DNA of 50,601 nt from assembly GCA_902496775.1 (NCBI GenBank), contig CABVCF010000001.1, forward strand, positions 1-50,601, given 5' to 3'. Shown in pieces: positions 47,896 to 50,601 of this stretch (its first letter is position 1; each line of letters starts with the position of its first letter). The notes below the pieces were generated by a model. That model saw only the letters and a list, made by a program, of their open reading frames with translations. It had not been told where the DNA came from and ran no database searches. Both the position numbers and the translations under genes were made by a program. Source of the DNA: an uncultured Collinsella sp. Lineage in GTDB: Bacteria > Actinomycetota > Coriobacteriia > Coriobacteriales > Coriobacteriaceae.

Positions 47896-49617
47896 ATGAC
47901 CCGAGCAATGTATATGTCTAAGCTTTATGCGCCGACGCTTAAAGAGGATCCGGCGGACGCTGAGCTCGCCAGCCACCGTCTGCTGCTCCGTGCCGGCATG
48001 ATCCGCAAGGAGGCCGCCGGTCTATATTCCTACCTGCCGCTTGCTTGGCGCTCGATTCGCAAGATCGAGAACATCGTGCGCGACGAGATGGACGCTGCCG
48101 GCGCCCAGGAGCTTATGATGCCTATTATGGTCGATGCCGAGTTGTGGCGTGAGTCCGGCCGCATCGACGCCTATGGCAAGGAGCTTGTGCGCTTTGACGA
48201 CCGTCATGGTCGCGAGTTCGTCCTGGGCCCCACGCACGAGGAGACCGTCACGGCCCTGGTGCGCAATGAGCTGCGCTCCTACAAGCAGCTACCCGTTAAC
48301 CTCTACCACATCCAGGATAAGTTCCGCGACGAGTTCCGCCCCCGCTTTGGCCTGATGCGCGGTCGCGAGTTCATCATGAAGGACGCCTACAGCTTCTCCG
48401 CCACGCAGGAGAGCCTGCAGGAGGAGTATGACAAGATGAAGCAGGCCTACGCTAACATCTGCGAGCGCTGCTATATCAAGGCCCTGCCCGTTGTTGCCGA
48501 CTCCGGTGAGATCGGTGGCGATACCTCCGTCGAGTACATGGCTTTGGCCGACGCCGGCGAGGCTTCGCTCGTCTACTGCGACGATTGCGGCTTTGCTGCC
48601 GATGACGAGGCGGCAAGCACCAAGGTCGTCGTGACCGAGGGTCCTGGTGACGGTACGCTCACCAAGGTTGAGACTCCGGGCATGGGCACCATTGAGGCTG
48701 TTGCTAAGTTCTTTGGGTTCCCCGAGAACGGCACGCGCAAGTCGCTGGCACTCATCGACGCCGAGGGCAAGCCGGTCGTGGCCATTGTTCCGGGCGATCA
48801 CGAGCTCAACGATTGCAAGGCCGAGCACGTCTTTGGCAAGGGCTATCGCATGATGACCGACGAGGAGCTTCAGGCGAATGGTCTGCACAAGGGCTTTATC
48901 GGACCGGTTAACCTGCCCGATGGCATTCGTCTGGTGTGCGACGAGAGCCTGCGCGATTCCAAGCAGTGGGCCTGCGGTGCCAACGAGGTCGATTATCACT
49001 TTACCGGTGCCTGCCCCGAGCGCGACTTTACCGTCGATGAGTGGGCCGATCTGGTCACCGTTGTCGCCGGCGACCCCTGCCCGCACTGCGGCAAGCCGCT
49101 CTCCGCTGCCCGCGGCATCGAGGTCTCTCAGGTCTTCCAGCTTGGCACCAAGTATTCCGAGGCCATGGGTGCCACCTTTATGGACGAGGACGGCAAGGAG
49201 AAGCCGCTCATCATGGGCTGCTACGGCGTTGGTGTGTCCCGCTCGCTCGCTGCCGTCGTGGAGCAGCACAACGACGAGCACGGTATCGTCTGGCCGGTCT
49301 CCGTTGCCCCGTACGAGGTCGCGGTGATTCCGCTCGATCCCAAGAAGGAGGAGTGCGCTACCGTCTGCGAGCAGATCGTTGATGGCCTGTGCGCCGAGGG
49401 TATCGAGGTTGTCGTCGACGACCGCGACGAGCGTCCCGGCTTTAAGTTTGCCGATAACGACCTTATGGGTTTCCCGTATCAGGTCGTTCTGGGTAAGCGT
49501 GGCCTCAAGAATGGTACTGTGGAGCTCAAGGACCGTGCTACGGGCGAGCGCGAGGATGTGGCGATCGACGAGGTCGTCGCCAAGGTCGCCGAGCTTGTGA
49601 AGGCAGCGCGCCGTTAA
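47896..49617 (+). CDS. proS: Proline-tRNA ligase (bacterial type with editing insertion)
   Basis: SHRLLLRAG, GPTHEE, KFRDE.RPRFGLMRGREF.MKDAYSF, MGCYG.G.SR, DDRDERPG. Confidence 0.98.
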   Translation: MTRAMYMSKLYAPTLKEDPADAELASHRLLLRAGMIRKEAAGLYSYLPLAWRSIRKIENIVRDEMDAAGAQELMMPIMVDAELWRESGRIDAYGKELVRFDDRHGREFVLGPTHEETVTALVRNELRSYKQLPVNLYHIQDKFRDEFRPRFGLMRGREFIMKDAYSFSATQESLQEEYDKMKQAYANICERCYIKALPVVADSGEIGGDTSVEYMALADAGEASLVYCDDCGFAADDEAASTKVVVTEGPGDGTLTKVETPGMGTIEAVAKFFGFPENGTRKSLALIDAEGKPVVAIVPGDHELNDCKAEHVFGKGYRMMTDEELQANGLHKGFIGPVNLPDGIRLVCDESLRDSKQWACGANEVDYHFTGACPERDFTVDEWADLVTVVAGDPCPHCGKPLSAARGIEVSQVFQLGTKYSEAMGATFMDEDGKEKPLIMGCYGVGVSRSLAAVVEQHNDEHGIVWPVSVAPYEVAVIPLDPKKEECATVCEQIVDGLCAEGIEVVVDDRDERPGFKFADNDLMGFPYQVVLGKRGLKNGTVELKDRATGEREDVAIDEVVAKVAELVKAARR

Positions 49618-49646
49618 TCGACGATTTCGCTTGTAGTTCGATATAC

Positions 49647-49696
49647 GGGACGGCCCCGCATTTCTCCTGATCGGGGAGATGCGGGGCCGTCCTTTT
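49647..49696 (+). terminator. Terminator after proS
   Basis: GGACGGCCCCGCATTTCTCC...GGGGAGATGCGGGGCCGTCC followed by TTTT. Confidence 0.8.
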
Positions 49697-49719
49697 ATCT
49701 TGTGGCATCCTCGATATCT

Positions 49720-49763
49720 AAAAGGAAAACCCCACAGCCCATGCGAGCTGCGGGGTTTTCCTT
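49720..49763 (-). terminator. Terminator of the convergent kinase gene
   Basis: Plus strand AAAAGGAAAACCCCACAGC...GCTGCGGGGTTTTCCTT; the A run gives a U tract on the minus strand. Confidence 0.75.
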
Positions 49764-49795
49764 GTGCCTCCGATGCGAAATAAATCGCTCAGATA

Positions 49796-50560
49796 TTACT
49801 GATAATCGACGACGTCGATCCAGTTCTTCAGGAACTCATCGTTCACGTTGCGCTTACGAGCGAGCTCGGAAGCGGCGACGATGCTCGTCCACTGACGCAC
49901 GACCTGCATAGGCATGTCGGCGCGGTCGCAGTAGAGCTCCAGGTAGGCCTCAGCCTGATCCTTGCTGTTGAGGGCAAAGAGCAGGTAGGTGGTGGCAACG
50001 TCGGCAGCAGGGGAGCCCTGGGTGGCGTGTGCCCAGTCGCACACATAGAGCTGGCCGTCGTCGCCGACGATGACGTTGGAGGGGTTGAAGTCGCCGTGGC
50101 AGACCTTGAACTCCTTGGTCATGCCGTCCAGACGCTCCTGAAGGTTGTAGCGCGTGGTGGCATTGAGCTGATCAAGGCTGTCGATCATGCGGGCGTACTT
50201 GTCGCGCTGACGGTTGAGCAGCGGGGAGGTGTAGCCGTGGATCTCGATCTGGAGGTCGACGAACATCTCGAGGTACTCACCAAAGCGCTGGGGCTCGGCA
50301 GTCATCTTCTCGGCAAGGGTGGTGCCCGGAACCTTCTCGGTCACGAGCGCCCAGCCGTTGGCGTTCTCGAGCTGGGAAACCTCGAGAGCCTTGGGGCTGC
50401 GGATGCCGCACTCATTGATGCGGGCAAGATTCAAAGCCTCGTTGAACACGTCGGAGACAGGCTTGGTCTCGTTAAAGACCTTGACAATCTTGTCGCCCAG
50501 GTCGTAAACGACCTTGTTGCCACGGCGGACGAGCTCGGTCTTGGAATCGGGTAGCAGCAT
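49796..50560 (-). CDS. APH/choline-kinase-like phosphotransferase, substrate unknown
   Basis: VKVF lysine, conserved E, HGDFNPSN catalytic loop, DW motif; GAAAGGA SD. Confidence 0.88.
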   Translation of the reverse strand: MLLPDSKTELVRRGNKVVYDLGDKIVKVFNETKPVSDVFNEALNLARINECGIRSPKALEVSQLENANGWALVTEKVPGTTLAEKMTAEPQRFGEYLEMFVDLQIEIHGYTSPLLNRQRDKYARMIDSLDQLNATTRYNLQERLDGMTKEFKVCHGDFNPSNVIVGDDGQLYVCDWAHATQGSPAADVATTYLLFALNSKDQAEAYLELYCDRADMPMQVVRQWTSIVAASELARKRNVNDEFLKNWIDVVDYQ

Positions 50561-50601
50561 GGTTGCATCCTTTCAACGATGCGATAGAAGCGACGGCGGG
50601 G

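Noticed and set aside
49796..50560. Aminoglycoside resistance gene
   Set aside because: Only superfamily-level kinase motifs. Native codon usage and no mobile context.

Overview
About 60% GC bacterial chromosomal backbone, with 48 supportable CDSs and one tRNA. Gene content and codon usage suggest a Coriobacteriia (Collinsella-like) gut actinobacterium; this is inference, not a database result. Order: tyrA(partial)-aroF (minus); tRNA-Arg(CCG); P-type ATPase; zinc-ribbon membrane protein-cyclophilin-TPR membrane protein; mreBCD-mrdA-rodA-DUF697-like gene-TIGR03960/TIGR03936 radical SAM pair; rplU-rpmA-obgE-nadD-yqeK-rsfS; dinB (minus); rpsP-khpA-rimM-trmD-lepB; glyQS-PPDK regulator-ppdK; rplS-rnhB; yraN-comM-dprA-trmFO-xerC; t44 leader-rpsB-tsf-pyrH-frr-uppS-cdsA-dxr-rseP-ispG-proS; and a convergent APH-family kinase. 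I see no prophage, IS, CRISPR array or defence island, and no clear self-contained novel system. The best leads are oddities inside core genes: a winged-helix-like insertion in RseP, an apparent AUA start for xerC, a uORF plus terminator in the aroF leader, uncharacterised genes coupled to the elongasome operon, a structured leader before the transformation-associated yraN-comM-dprA module, and a PEGL-to-PQGL change in the P-type ATPase. All calls were made by reading motifs by eye.
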